A stretch of DNA of 64,000 nt from Ylistrum balloti (taxonomy: Eukaryota): NCBI RefSeq assembly GCF_031769215.1, contig NW_026781869.1, forward strand, positions 558,001 through 622,000, in the 5' to 3' direction. Made by a program: the position numbers and the translations under genes. A model generated the notes under the pieces. The model was not told the origin of the DNA and did no database searches. It saw only the letters and a program-made list of their open reading frames with translations. Position 1 is the first letter of the stretch, and each line of letters starts with the position of its first letter. This document shows, piece by piece, positions 1 to 11,929 of the stretch.

Positions 1-712
1 ATGGTGATTCAGATCCGCTGGCATATGTACATAATTGTACGTACATTAAAAATCGGGTATACTCATGTTACACGTCCTACTGGTTTCGTTCCGCTCTATA
101 TGCCTTTATGTATTCTGGAAATACCTTGCATAAACATGTGTCAGTTGAGCTAAATGGAGAAATTGTCGCGGAATGTTGGACATATCACTAGGGTAGGTTG
201 CCACACCACTGGAAATTCTTCTTATATACACGATATTACACAATCGAACGTGTGCACGCATTGTAATTGTAGGATAGCATACGATAGGTGTTTCTCGTCA
301 CTCTGGTGTGATCAAATGAGCAAAAATGTAAGTATATGAACATTATGAAGACAGATACTAAACAAATGGTCATTTAGATTGAACTTATGTCAAAAAAGAG
401 GCACCAAATTTAATCAACAAAACCAGCTGAACTGTAAATATATCAGTGTCTCCAGATAAACAAGCAGAAGAGTCATTAAGATTAAAACTCTCGTCTGAGA
501 AGTTCAGTCGAGACGGACCCTTCCGTCATCAAAACGAGACATCAAAAGGCGGGGCATGTAGGTAGCAGGAGGACTGATAAGGCGACCAGTCCTGTTTCTA
601 GTGAATATATTAGCGGCTGACTTTTGAAACAATTGTCTCTGACTTTTGATTGTAAGACGTGTGTCACAGCGGAACCTATGAATCCTGTGCATGAATTGAC
701 GACGTTATAACG

Positions 713-814
713 ATGGCTATTCCACTTGCAAACTTTCACAAAAACAGCAAGTTGACTTTCGAGCACATTAAACATGAAGAACCGTGTCCTTTAACTACCG
801 AGTTTTTAACCCAG
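713..814 (+). CDS. Putative first coding exon of the cGAS-like receptor (MAIPLANFHKNSKLTFEHIKHEEPCPLTTEFLTQ)
   Basis: ATG at 713 opens 34 stop-free codons ending at a strong donor CCAG|GTAAGT (GT at 815). It is phase 0, matching the phase-0 acceptor TTTCCTTACAG| at 1950 of the long ORF. Not in the ORF track. Further upstream exons cannot be excluded. Confidence 0.65.
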
Positions 815-1950
815 GTAAGTCTACAATCTTAAAGTTAATTCAGCGATCGATTTATGGTGTTACATGTTGAAATTCAACGTCGTTGAAAATGGAAACAAAT
901 AATAACCTGAAAATTGTATAAGTATATTAGCCTTGGACACCTGAATCACTGAACATTTTTACAGAATGGATTGTTAACTTCAGACGGTACCTAAAACATA
1001 TCTTAACCTACAAAATGCCCCTTTAAACACTCTTCTTGAAATGAAACAAAACTGAAAAATTCACAAAACTCTATAAACCTAGGCAAATACAATAAACGGT
1101 TAGAAATCCCTAATGTCAAAAAAATAATGATAATAAGAAATAAAATCGTACCCAAATAGATTTAAAGTACATTTGAGTTACTGGCTAATTAATTTTTTTT
1201 TTAAAGCACAGGATGAACTAAACAAGAAATTTGTATTTGTATTAAAGTTGTACTAAGGCAGGTAGAAAGTCAATACGTGTCATCTCTTGTATTTGAGCTC
1301 ATTACCAAATGTCTTGAAAATATTGACGTATCGATGTGTGTGTCTAATTTGAGAAAATACACACGACAAGATCACGTGATCACTCGATGAGGATCTCAAA
1401 ATGCTTGTTTGCATCTCCATATAAATATCAGTCATCTTTAGACGGTTGGCGTTGTTGGCAATCACTTTGCCATGTTTTCTAAGGTGGTGTTTTTGCAAAG
1501 ATAATTTTCTACTCTTTCAGTGAACTTTAGTGGTTTTTGCGGTTTCGTTTCTCTTTTTGTTTCTTACCACACAAGATAAGAATGATTCTGAAAACGGAGA
1601 AAAAAACCCAAAAAAAACATGATTTTTTTTACCTGCATGATAAGCAATATTATGATGAATTGTAAACAACCCCTATTAATGATATAGTCTTTTCCATTTT
1701 TTTCCCGAATTCCCTCCCTTTATTCTTCACCATTTGATTAATTCACATTAGGAACTGTTTGTCGCCTTCTTTATAGGCCAGAAAAATAAGGCTGATATGT
1801 ATAGGTTCCAAATTCGTCTCTCCGGGGTCAATTTGGTGAATGATAACATAGCAAAACTAATATACATTTAAGATCTTACTTCACAGAGTGGCTACGAAAA
1901 ACAAACTACCATCATTATTTATTTACTTTGAATTCAATGTTTCCTTACAG

Positions 1951-4029
1951 TTGTTGCAACATCCACGGTACAAAATCGACAACGACAGCATATCACCTTT
2001 GTTAGTACAGATACTTGATGATTGTCACGGTTCAGAGGAAATGGTCAATAACAGAAGAAAGGTGATGCACGTCAGTGATAAGATAAGCAATGCAGACGAC
2101 AAGTTATTGGAGTGGTTTAGTGGCGGGAGTGTTGGCGAAGGTTTCAGATTGAAAACTTCAGATGAGGATGTAATGTATATTATGAAATCCATTATTGTGA
2201 CATATCCTGATCGAACACACTTCATCCCTAAGGATGAATTGAAGAAAACCATTCTGTATATGAGTGACGCTCATTGCCGGCCTGGGTATGTTACCCTTGA
2301 AATAGCACAACTTGCGGTTGGCGAGGGATGTACCTCCATCTTTCAAAATGCCATTGTTCCTGTCGGAGACTCATTGTTTGTTTCTAGTGATATCTATAGA
2401 CAAGGCAGAGTAGACCTATTTAAGAGAAAAATTGGCATAGGCTATGTTTCTAATGGACCATGTGCCAGTATTTCGTACCAGAATTATGTAAAGAGTCTAG
2501 ATTTTGCAGTTGCATTTCCCTGTGTATGCTGGCCAAATGTAGCTGCTGAATGGATACATAGAGTTCGTCTTCATGGATGGCCGACTCAGACTTTGATTAA
2601 CAGAATCCTTAAGGATGGGTGTCAGGTCGTCCCTGTTGGTGATAAGTGTTCTACAGACACCCTACTGCAATGGAGAATATCGTTTGTCTGTGCAGAACAA
2701 ATCTTAATTCATTCCCTCAGTCATTCTCAATTCAGGGTATATGGATTACTTAAATATTTCTTGACCCTAATAAAAGATACACTTAAGCACATCATTGGAG
2801 ACGATGATATCCTTTGTTCGTATTTCCTTAAAACAGTTATTTTTCATGCAGTCGAAAACTCTCCGGCTTCGCTATGGGTAGACCAAAATACCTTTGTATG
2901 TTTTCGGTTTTGTCTATCTATTTTGATTGCATGGGTCAGAGCGGGATACTGTCCTAATTATTTCATCCGAAACAACAACTTATTCTTGAGGAAAATTCAT
3001 GGAGAAAACCGTAAAAAACTGCTGCATTTTCTTATAGATCTGCATGACCTCAATTGGATGTGTTTATGCTTAGATTCGAAAGACAATGGCGTTGGTCGAA
3101 TGCTCCTAGAACGGCAAAATCCGACGTCTAGAGAACTTATGCAATATCGCACGGATATTGATCTATTTCGAGAATGTTTGTTCCAATTACCTCGTATCGA
3201 TATCATAGGAAAATTTTCTCATTCACTAAAATGCCTTCATGTTTCTCAATCGGATTCCGAGGATTTGATTGCTTACAGTATAGTGACTGCAATACTTTGT
3301 GGTAGAGCGCATCAACTGTTTGGTCAGTATAATGTCACTGAAAGCAATAAATCCAAGTATGTTGCCATGAAGAAATGTAGACACTTAATGACATCGCATG
3401 CATCAATGTGTACCAGCCCAGGAGTAATGATGCTTGCCACTTGCCACTTTCTCACCGGAAACTACAACAAAACACTCCAGATGTGTACATATATGAGGTT
3501 GACAAATAAACTCTTCATTTGTTTGGCAAACGCCGACACCGACAGTTCAGAGGCATTACACTCAAGGACATACAAATCAAGAAATGGTGCACCTCTGCTA
3601 TACCAAATGTACAGTGGACAGAAAAACACGTGCTATCAAAGGTTCAAAGAATGGTTTTACTCTTGTTTGGTTTTTACCGAGCACAATATCCTATTTTGCA
3701 TACCCCACCTTCAACTCGAGGTTAAAATGCATAACCCGGGCGTACTTATTCCTCCTTTGCCATACGCCGCATTTCTGTCTTTCCTCTGCTACCATGAACT
3801 TGGTGACTTGAGGGGACGGGATAAAGAGCTTCTAAACCTGCGGGCGGCCAACTACGACCCTGAACAAGGAGGGCATCGCTATTGGATAAATCACACACTT
3901 CTGGGGATATGTTACCAAACTGTTGGAGACATTCGCAGCGCCATCAGGTCGTTTACAGATTATGTAGAAACGATGTCACATTATAATCCTGCTGTAGAGA
4001 GAATAGAAACGCTTCTTAGATCTTCGTAG
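1951..4029 (+). CDS. cGAS-like receptor (Mab-21/cGLR nucleotidyltransferase) with TPR-like helical C-terminus; main coding exon
   Basis: Long ORF with Mab-21/cGAS-fold motifs: SGGSVGEGFRLKTSDEDVM (GS loop plus DxD), LDFAVAFPCVCWP..AEW..R.R..GWP, GC.VVPVG, WRISF..AEQ.L, SYFLKTVIF and CPNYFI.NNNLF. The C-terminus has TPR-like helices (MLATCHFLTGNYNK; HTLLGICYQTVGDIRSAIRSF). The track's GTG start at 1888 lies in the polypyrimidine tract of the acceptor at 1950. Confidence 0.92.
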   Translation: MLQHPRYKIDNDSISPLLVQILDDCHGSEEMVNNRRKVMHVSDKISNADDKLLEWFSGGSVGEGFRLKTSDEDVMYIMKSIIVTYPDRTHFIPKDELKKTILYMSDAHCRPGYVTLEIAQLAVGEGCTSIFQNAIVPVGDSLFVSSDIYRQGRVDLFKRKIGIGYVSNGPCASISYQNYVKSLDFAVAFPCVCWPNVAAEWIHRVRLHGWPTQTLINRILKDGCQVVPVGDKCSTDTLLQWRISFVCAEQILIHSLSHSQFRVYGLLKYFLTLIKDTLKHIIGDDDILCSYFLKTVIFHAVENSPASLWVDQNTFVCFRFCLSILIAWVRAGYCPNYFIRNNNLFLRKIHGENRKKLLHFLIDLHDLNWMCLCLDSKDNGVGRMLLERQNPTSRELMQYRTDIDLFRECLFQLPRIDIIGKFSHSLKCLHVSQSDSEDLIAYSIVTAILCGRAHQLFGQYNVTESNKSKYVAMKKCRHLMTSHASMCTSPGVMMLATCHFLTGNYNKTLQMCTYMRLTNKLFICLANADTDSSEALHSRTYKSRNGAPLLYQMYSGQKNTCYQRFKEWFYSCLVFTEHNILFCIPHLQLEVKMHNPGVLIPPLPYAAFLSFLCYHELGDLRGRDKELLNLRAANYDPEQGGHRYWINHTLLGICYQTVGDIRSAIRSFTDYVETMSHYNPAVERIETLLRSS

Positions 4030-4083
4030 ATCAAATATCATCATAAATATGAAAGTTGTAAGCAAATGCATCGAAACGGACTC

Positions 4084-4089
4084 AATAAA
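4084..4089 (+). terminator. Candidate polyadenylation signal of the cGLR gene
   Basis: AATAAA about 55 nt after the TAG stop. Confidence 0.45.
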
Positions 4090-4396
4090 GTCAGTTACAC
4101 TCATTATCGGCACGAAGTACATTTGTATAAACTCAACGCTGAAGGAATTATTAAGGAATTCCCTTGACAATTATCAAATGGGAAAAAGAAAAAAACGTAA
4201 AGCTTGAAAACAAATCGCCATGTAAATTTCGATATAAACACGTAAAAAGTTTTTTCATGTAAGCACTTTTTTTTGGAGGGGGGCAATAGGCAAATCGAGC
4301 AGAAGATAAGCACTTCCTAACTAGTTTTCGACTTCAATTTAGACCAATTTTGAGTTTATTCGATCACCTCCTTGACTTCAACAATTTAGATCATAT

Positions 4397-4440
4397 GCAT
4401 CACTGACGAGTCTCAGAAGGATGAAACAGTTTTACGCTGC
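4397..4440 (+). ncRNA. Degenerate minimal type I hammerhead ribozyme, probable relic of a Penelope-like element terminus
   Basis: gcatca-CTGACGA-gtc(tcagaag)gat-GAAAC-agtt-tta-cgctgc has the core boxes CUGAnGA and GAAA in the right order, a 3-bp helix II and a partial helix I. Several mismatches are present. Confidence 0.45.
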
Positions 4441-7254
4441 AATCAAGTCCATAATTTGACTATACTATTTCTAATTCTTAATATGTATTCAAAAGTGCTA
4501 TTTACTTTTCGGATAGGTTTTGTCGAATCTTTTAGATAGGATAGTGCCAAAGTAAAACCTTCAATCTGATACGATATCATGGTAGTAGATATTATATTAA
4601 AGATTTATGGGGAAGAAACTTTTATCAATTTCAAATCAATATTAACAATAAATTTTTGATACATTTTAATAAACAAAACTACAATAACATCAATCTTCTG
4701 ATGCCTTGTAAGAATATGTTCACTTTTTGGAAATATTTGCATTATGAGTTAATTAATGCTAATCTTTAAATACTTGGGATGGCCTCGTGATAACTTCTAG
4801 ACATATATTGACAACTGGAGTTACTTCCCTTCTTCCTCTGTCTTGCAGATATTTACGTTAATGAGTTATATGATATGCTTCTACAGTATGTGGATGTGAT
4901 TTATCTCCAAAGTCATCCATTAATCATACATTTTTATATAAACTATGCTTGTACCTCTCTTGGTATATCATCATTTAAAACGTCTGCTGATATTGTTAAC
5001 GTTGACCAGAAAAAAGAATCGTGCGTTCGTGTAACTTACATGTACAATAAGTAGCTCACGATTTTTTTTCTAATAATTTGATTTTACATTGATTTCGATA
5101 AATGTATTGCTTTGAAAATAACACACCTATATGTTGCTTGTTGGAACTTGTAATTAACCACTGTGTTTTTGTATGTCTAGTTTAGTTTTGCATATTAATT
5201 AGTAGTATTTGCCCTCAGGTCATATAATGACACCCAAAATGATAAATGTAATAAAGATCACATGCGGGTACTAGACCACACCTGTTCATTCTTGGAATAG
5301 TTTTTTTGATCATGTAGAAATAGGTCACACAAAATTGTTGATTGTAGTATTTGGAATTTCATTCACTGTACTTTGTTATTTTAAATGTCAACATTTAAAA
5401 ATGAACTAACTCGAGTGAATACCTGAACAACAACAACGAGATGTGCAGCCTTTATCTATCACATGATCAGCCTTTTACCAAGTAACTTCGCCTATTTTTA
5501 TGTCACCAGTTTAATATTCCCGATATCGTTTTAATTGACTATGTCAGTCAGAAATCAGTTGTGATGCTATAATAGGAACAGTATGAATTAAACACGGCGT
5601 AAATCATTGGTCTAAATCTACAGGTACTAAGACAGAAAATCCTAATTTCGCAATACAGAAAATCTTTACCTCTTCCATCACTTTTACGTGTGACATTAAC
5701 AAACTATTACCTGATAATCTACCAAAAAGTGTATAAATCAGAATAATTGTTCATCAGAAATCGTTCAAAAGAAATAATCACAATAATTATACAGCTTATT
5801 GGAAAACTGTCCCTGTTGGTTTCATTATAGCAAAATATTGGAATAGGCAACATGGATAATCTGTCGTATCGTCGAAATTCTGCTGGGTATATAGGATGGA
5901 CATTTGCAATACGTTTCTTGTTATTTAAAACAAGACGTTATTAATGTGCCTTGGCAAATTAAGACTCCTAATCACAAAATATTACTTAATCAAGAGGAAC
6001 CAGTACCTATATTATTCATTTTAATGTACATTTCTTTCGTCAAGTGGTATATGTATTAACAAACATTAATACGGAGAACTAGAATATCGTATAAAGACGG
6101 GTTTAAATAGTCAATGTTTTGGTTATATCGTATAAAGACATCCAGCATCTGTCATAAGGTTTAAAAAACATACTTTAGGAATGTTTTGGTTATAATCAAA
6201 AGAAATGCATTTATAGATGAATACCACCGATAACTAATATATCAAGAGGAAAACGTGTAGTCGACAGTAACAGTCAAGGGGGGAAATCCTTAAATGGACA
6301 TCAAATATTGCAGAATACAACTAGTATGACTATATGTTTTCTATAACCCCTTCAGCTTGGAAAACACCACTAAAATTGCAGAACATACTTCGTTTAGGTT
6401 TCGCCCTCATTTATTCCATTTGTGGTTCAGATAACGATTATTTGTTGGTATTTTCTATTTTTATGGGTTTCATACGCACAAATATGCTATCCTTTTTAAT
6501 TGCTTTGATAAAATCGCAAAGAACTCTTGAAGTACAGAAGCATAACAAAACAAACGCAATAATTGATCTGATCTGGTGATTTATGAGCCCGAGTATCAAC
6601 ATTGTTGGTTTGCTGGTTAAAAAAAAGGAAAAAAATCGACACGTTAATGGAATTACGATCCAAACATATACTCGTTAAAAGTAGGGCATGATATTAGCAA
6701 TGGAGGACGCATAGATTCATAACAAAATCACATGACAAATAAGACTATGTGTTCAAGTCGGGTATGCGATTTCCGCGCCATCGACGAGAATATTATTACG
6801 TTGCAAAATGAAAATATAGTAAACGACAAATTCTCTTTAAAAGAAAAAATGCCATTCTTGGCGTGCGAAGTGGGGTAAATATATCATATATGAAAGTAGC
6901 AAACATAACATTTAAAAAAATATTTGCTTTTAAACTTAACGATAACGATAGGATACTGTATCTGAAAATGAATACCAGCGAAAGATATGTTTTCAGAAAA
7001 GAGTTTTAGTGTGAATATGTTAAATATCGGTAAGGTTTTATTAAATGTACTGTAGTCAACATTATGAAGCAAGATCAACAATGTCCGGTATGTCATGTGT
7101 CTGATGAGGTGATGAACCCAGTATTCAAAAATCATTACACTCAATAGCTTAACATATATGAATATCACCAATACATTGTCCAGTATCTGATCTCAGTCAC
7201 TTAATGGTCTTAATCAATACATTATACTGAATATCCTCAGTAAGGATACTATTT

Positions 7255-7645
7255 TTATGAACACTTGTGAACAGGATACCACGTTTTACCAAAGATTCAA
7301 AGATTGCTTTCATTCTTGTTTGGCGTTTACCAATCAAAATATCTTATTCTGTCTACCCCCGCCTTCACCACGAGTATAGAGTTCAATTCCGGCAGTAGTT
7401 ATCCCGCATTTGCTGTGCTATCATGAGCTTGATGACTTGAGAATACGCGATATGGGGCTTCTAAACACTACGACCATGAACAAGGAGTCCACTGCTACTG
7501 GATAGTTCACACACTTCTAGGGATCTGTTACCAACAGGGGTGGGACAATCATCGGGTCATCCGGTCGCTTACAGATTCTGTAGAAATGATGCCGCACTAT
7601 AACCCCACCAACGCGAGAATAAAGATGTTATTAAACCCATCGTAC
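7255..7645 (+). pseudogene. Decayed duplicate of the 3' end (TPR-like part) of the cGLR gene
   Basis: Colinear similarity to ~3610-4030. One stretch still reads EQGVHCYWIVHTLLGICYQQGWDNHRVIRSLTDSVEMMPHYNP, versus EQGGHRYWINHTLLGICYQTVGDIRSAIRSFTDYVETMSHYNP in the intact gene. It carries frameshifting deletions, e.g. cttctaaac[13 nt lost]actacgac at ~7466. Confidence 0.85.
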
Positions 7646-9807
7646 ATTTCATCCCCAACCTGAAAGTTATTTATATAAATGCGTTGAAGATGACTTCGTC
7701 AAAACAAAGCTGGAATTATTGGCATGTTTCTGTACATTTGTATAAAACCAACACCAAAGACAATGATTGACAAATATTTTATAGAGGAAAGAGTTGTAGA
7801 AAGTTCCTTTACTCATGAAATCAACTTTATGGATTTATCATTTCTTGGACATATGAATTTAAGGATTAAAATTAACCTCGAATTCAATGGAAATACCACC
7901 CGCTACCTACTACCTCCAGGATCAATTAGGACGTCGTCATATTCAACTGTTAACTACGCAAAACACAGCGCCAGAAGGCAACAGACCATGGCCAGCAGGC
8001 CATGCAAACAGCAGAAAAATATATAAATTCGTCCTTTTCCCGTATCAAGTAGTGAGACGAAATCATGAAAGAAGAAGAAAGAAAAAAGACATCAATGAGA
8101 AGGCACAAAACGTTTGTAGGAAATATGAAGAATAGAAACACAAAATCTAACAGCAAATCTGACCTGAATACATATAGCTAGAAGTACAGGAACCTATGAA
8201 TCAGATTCCTTACTTTCAGGGTCTAATATCCCAAGAAAAATAACTTTTTTTATTTCCTTAACGGATCACGACCTCATCAAGAAAGATGACTTATGACCTA
8301 TGAACTTTGTTCATGATGTCGCTTGGATAATATATATATGTATATATCTACAAATGCGGATTAATGTAAACACAATGATTATAATTATCAACATTCTGAT
8401 TCGATCAGATCGACTTTCAGTGTTAGTGAAATCCTAATTTTTGTTTTTGATGAAATGCCCTGTGCCTTACAACAATTTTGCCGGTCGATGGATTAACTTG
8501 TCCAGAAAACAATGATTCTCAGTAATTTATTCACTAAGAATAAATAAACGAATCAAAATAACACGCTAGGCCCTTATCCGTTTCCCCCTAAATTTGGAAG
8601 TAATGAACAATTCAGTAGAGCAAGGGAGGTAATTCAGCAGCTAGAATATGACCAAATTTCCTCGTGATTTTGTGAGTTTGCTCAATATATGAAATAATCT
8701 GAGAATTGAACGTTATTTGAAGTCCATGCTATCCATTTCTTACTTGTACAGTGTACATTTATCGAAGCCGACAAAGAAGAGATAGCTTATTATGTTGAAG
8801 AAATATATAAGGTTTAACCGGACATGGAAATGTTTACTAGCCATTACTACACATATTTTCGAATTCATCAGGTGATTACTTTTTCAATACTTTTCCAATC
8901 TCGATTGTAAGCCACTCATTGGAAAAATAGAACATTTCTCGTGAAGGAAATGTATGAGTTACTTAGATGTCGGGCTCTCTGTCCGTCTGTGACCTTCAAA
9001 AACTGAGAGAAGTACTCTCGCTAGTAGTAGAACACATGTAACACGTATGTCACCGAATGTCCGGACTCCCCGACCAACGATACACAACGATACATATTAT
9101 GGTGACAAGCGTTTTGACTCCCGACACCGGAAAACTGAACATATTGTTTTTAATTCTGTTTCTTCATAAATATTTGTACTATATTCAAGGGATCCCAGAT
9201 CTTAGCAACACGTCTTATGATATAGGGGAGGCAACTCCAATTCAATTCTTGAAATATTGAATTCCCTGTCATTCAGCATTATGGCCGTTTGAGGAAGTTA
9301 TTAATGTATAAACAAATCAGCGATCTTGCCTTGGTGGTGAAAAATATTTGGTCAATGAATTGTAACTTGGGATGGTGTTGAATTTTGATAAGCATGAAAA
9401 CACCCCGGATAAATTGCAATTACTGAATTAAAGTTAAAATAGATCAAACCAACTAATTACCTATAACTAAATAAAACTTCAGTGATAAACTATGTAAAAG
9501 AAATCATAATACATGTCTATCAATGAAATGATTCTTACAAAAGATATTAAATTCTTGGTAAAACACCTCTCTCTCTTAATATAATATATTCTTTAATTGA
9601 TATTTGCTCCGCTTGCAAGAGACATGTACCTCAAAATATTTGGTTCTAGCACATACTCCTATATACATTTTTACCCCGCTAATTGTGGTGGCCATGACGA
9701 TCGATTATATTTGTGTTATAGTCAGGGGTAACTGCATTCTTACGATAATACATAAGCAGTGTGCAAAAACATGTCAGGTACTATTAATACCATCTTTAAA
9801 ATACGAT

Positions 9808-11243
9808 ATATGTCACAATATCCTTCTCACCATGCGTATCACAACATCCTTCTCACCATACGTATCACAGCATCCTTTTCACCAAGCGTATCACAACATC
9901 CTTCTCACCATACGTATCACAGCATCCTTTTCACCATACGTATCACAACATCCTTCCTACCATAGGTATCACAACAGCCTTCTTACCATACATATCACAA
10001 CATCCTTCTCACCATACATATCATAACATCCTTCTCACCATACGTATCACAACATCCTTATTGTAGAACGTATCAAAACATCCTTCCTACCATACATATC
10101 ACAACATCCTTCTCACCATACGTATCACAACATCCTTATTATAGAACGTATCAAAACATCCTTCCTATCATACGTATCACAACATCATTCCTACCATACA
10201 TATCACAACATCCTTCTCACCATACGTATCACAACATCCTTCACACCATACGTATCACAACATTCTTCTTAACATACGTAACACAACATCATTCTTACCA
10301 TACATATCACAACATCCTTCTCACCATACGTATCACAACATCCTTATTATAGAACGTATCACAACATCCTTCTTACCATACGTAACACAACATCCTTCTT
10401 ATAATACATATCACAACATCCTTCTTAACATACGTATCACAACATCCTTCTTACCATACATATCACAACATCCTTCTTACCATACGTATCACAACATCCT
10501 TCTCACCATACGTAACACAACATTCTTCTTATAATACATATCACAACATCCTTCTTACCATACGTATCACAACATCCTTATTATAGAACGTATCACAACA
10601 TCCTTCTCACCATACGTAACACAACATCCTTCTTATAATACATATCACAACATCCTTCATACCATAGGTATCACAACATCCTTCTCACCATACGTATCAC
10701 AACATCCTTCTCACCATACGTATCACAACATCCTTATCATAGAACGTATCACAACATCCTTCTTACCATACGTAACACAACATCCTTCTTATAATACATA
10801 TCACAACATCCTTCATACCATACGTATCACAACATCCTTATTATAGAACGTATCACAACATCCTTCTCACCATATCACAACATCCTTCTCATCATATCAC
10901 AACATCCTTCTTATAATACATATCACAACATCCTTCTCACCATACGTATCACAACATCCTTCTTACCATACGTATCACAACATCCTTCTTACCATACATA
11001 TCACAACATCCTTCTCATCATATCACAACATCCTTCTTACCATACATATCACAATATCCTTCTCACCATATCACAACATCCTTCTCATCATATCACAACA
11101 TCCCTCTTACCATATCATAACGTCCCTCTCACCATATGTAACACAACTTCCTTCTTACCATACATAATACAACATCCTTCTCACCATACGTATCAAAACA
11201 TCCTTCTTACCATACGTAACACAACATCTTCTTATCATACATA
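9808..11243. repeat. 26-bp minisatellite (catacgtatcacaacatccttctcac)n, ~55 copies, with 22-bp variants near the 3' end
   Basis: Periodicity is directly visible. The ORFs at 9604-10026 and 9759-9965 run into the array and read its repeat. Confidence 0.95.
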
Positions 11244-11929
11244 TCACAACATCTGTATCAAGATAAAACATACCATCCGTTTAATACAATACAAACTATC
11301 GTAAGCGCATTATCATGCATAGTTCTCTCCTACATATTCAGTCATTACTTTCAACACTTTAATATTGTTGACATTTCCATCTTTTTGTCACATCAAACTT
11401 ACTTGAAATAAGAGACGAACACACTCATGCGTTCTGTTTACCCATCATTTTTATTCCGGAGCATAAAATGAGTTTATGATTCCATATCAATCTTACGTCT
11501 GAATGAAAAGACGTGTCTGATCTCCATTTCATCAAGGCAATTAAGACTATTTCCAAATTCATAAATACAGTTTCTGATACTATTCATACGGTTACTTTAT
11601 ATTACTGTGCATTTAACTAAAACGTAAGACCGGAATTTATTTTCGGACTAAGACAGGAAATAATTCATTTTTTAGAGGAAGAGCGTTGTTTTCTAGCGGC
11701 AGGGTATCATCGATTCATTATGACATTTCGTCTCCAAGTAGAAAGTACCGAAAATATGCAAGTAAATATTACATCCGGTATGTAACAAAATGGAATGTAT
11801 TGTGCCATATAACTGCCATCTACTTCCAAGATGATGTTGTTGAGATGATTGTCTCGTCAATTGGAATATCGACCTGTGATCTCGTGGTGCTCGGATCAGT
11901 GATGAAATCACATGTGAGTTTGTAAACTT

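Noticed and set aside
154-580. ORF 154-339 with a possible donor at 328 and acceptor at 455
   Set aside because: The spliced product stops after a few codons and shows no recognisable domain. It could be 5' UTR exons, but this is unsupported.
1888-1950. GTG start of the long ORF given by the track
   Set aside because: It lies in the intronic polypyrimidine tract; eukaryotic splicing to exon 713-814 explains the frame better.
7724-8156. ORFs with faint resemblance to a PLE RT thumb (FTHEINFMDL...TRYLLPPGS)
   Set aside because: Too weak to call without a search, and no catalytic motif is visible.
9808-11243. Regular short repeats here and at 35865, 46540, 50110 and 55655 as CRISPR arrays
   Set aside because: Units are head-to-tail with no unique spacers, there are no cas genes, and the context is eukaryotic.
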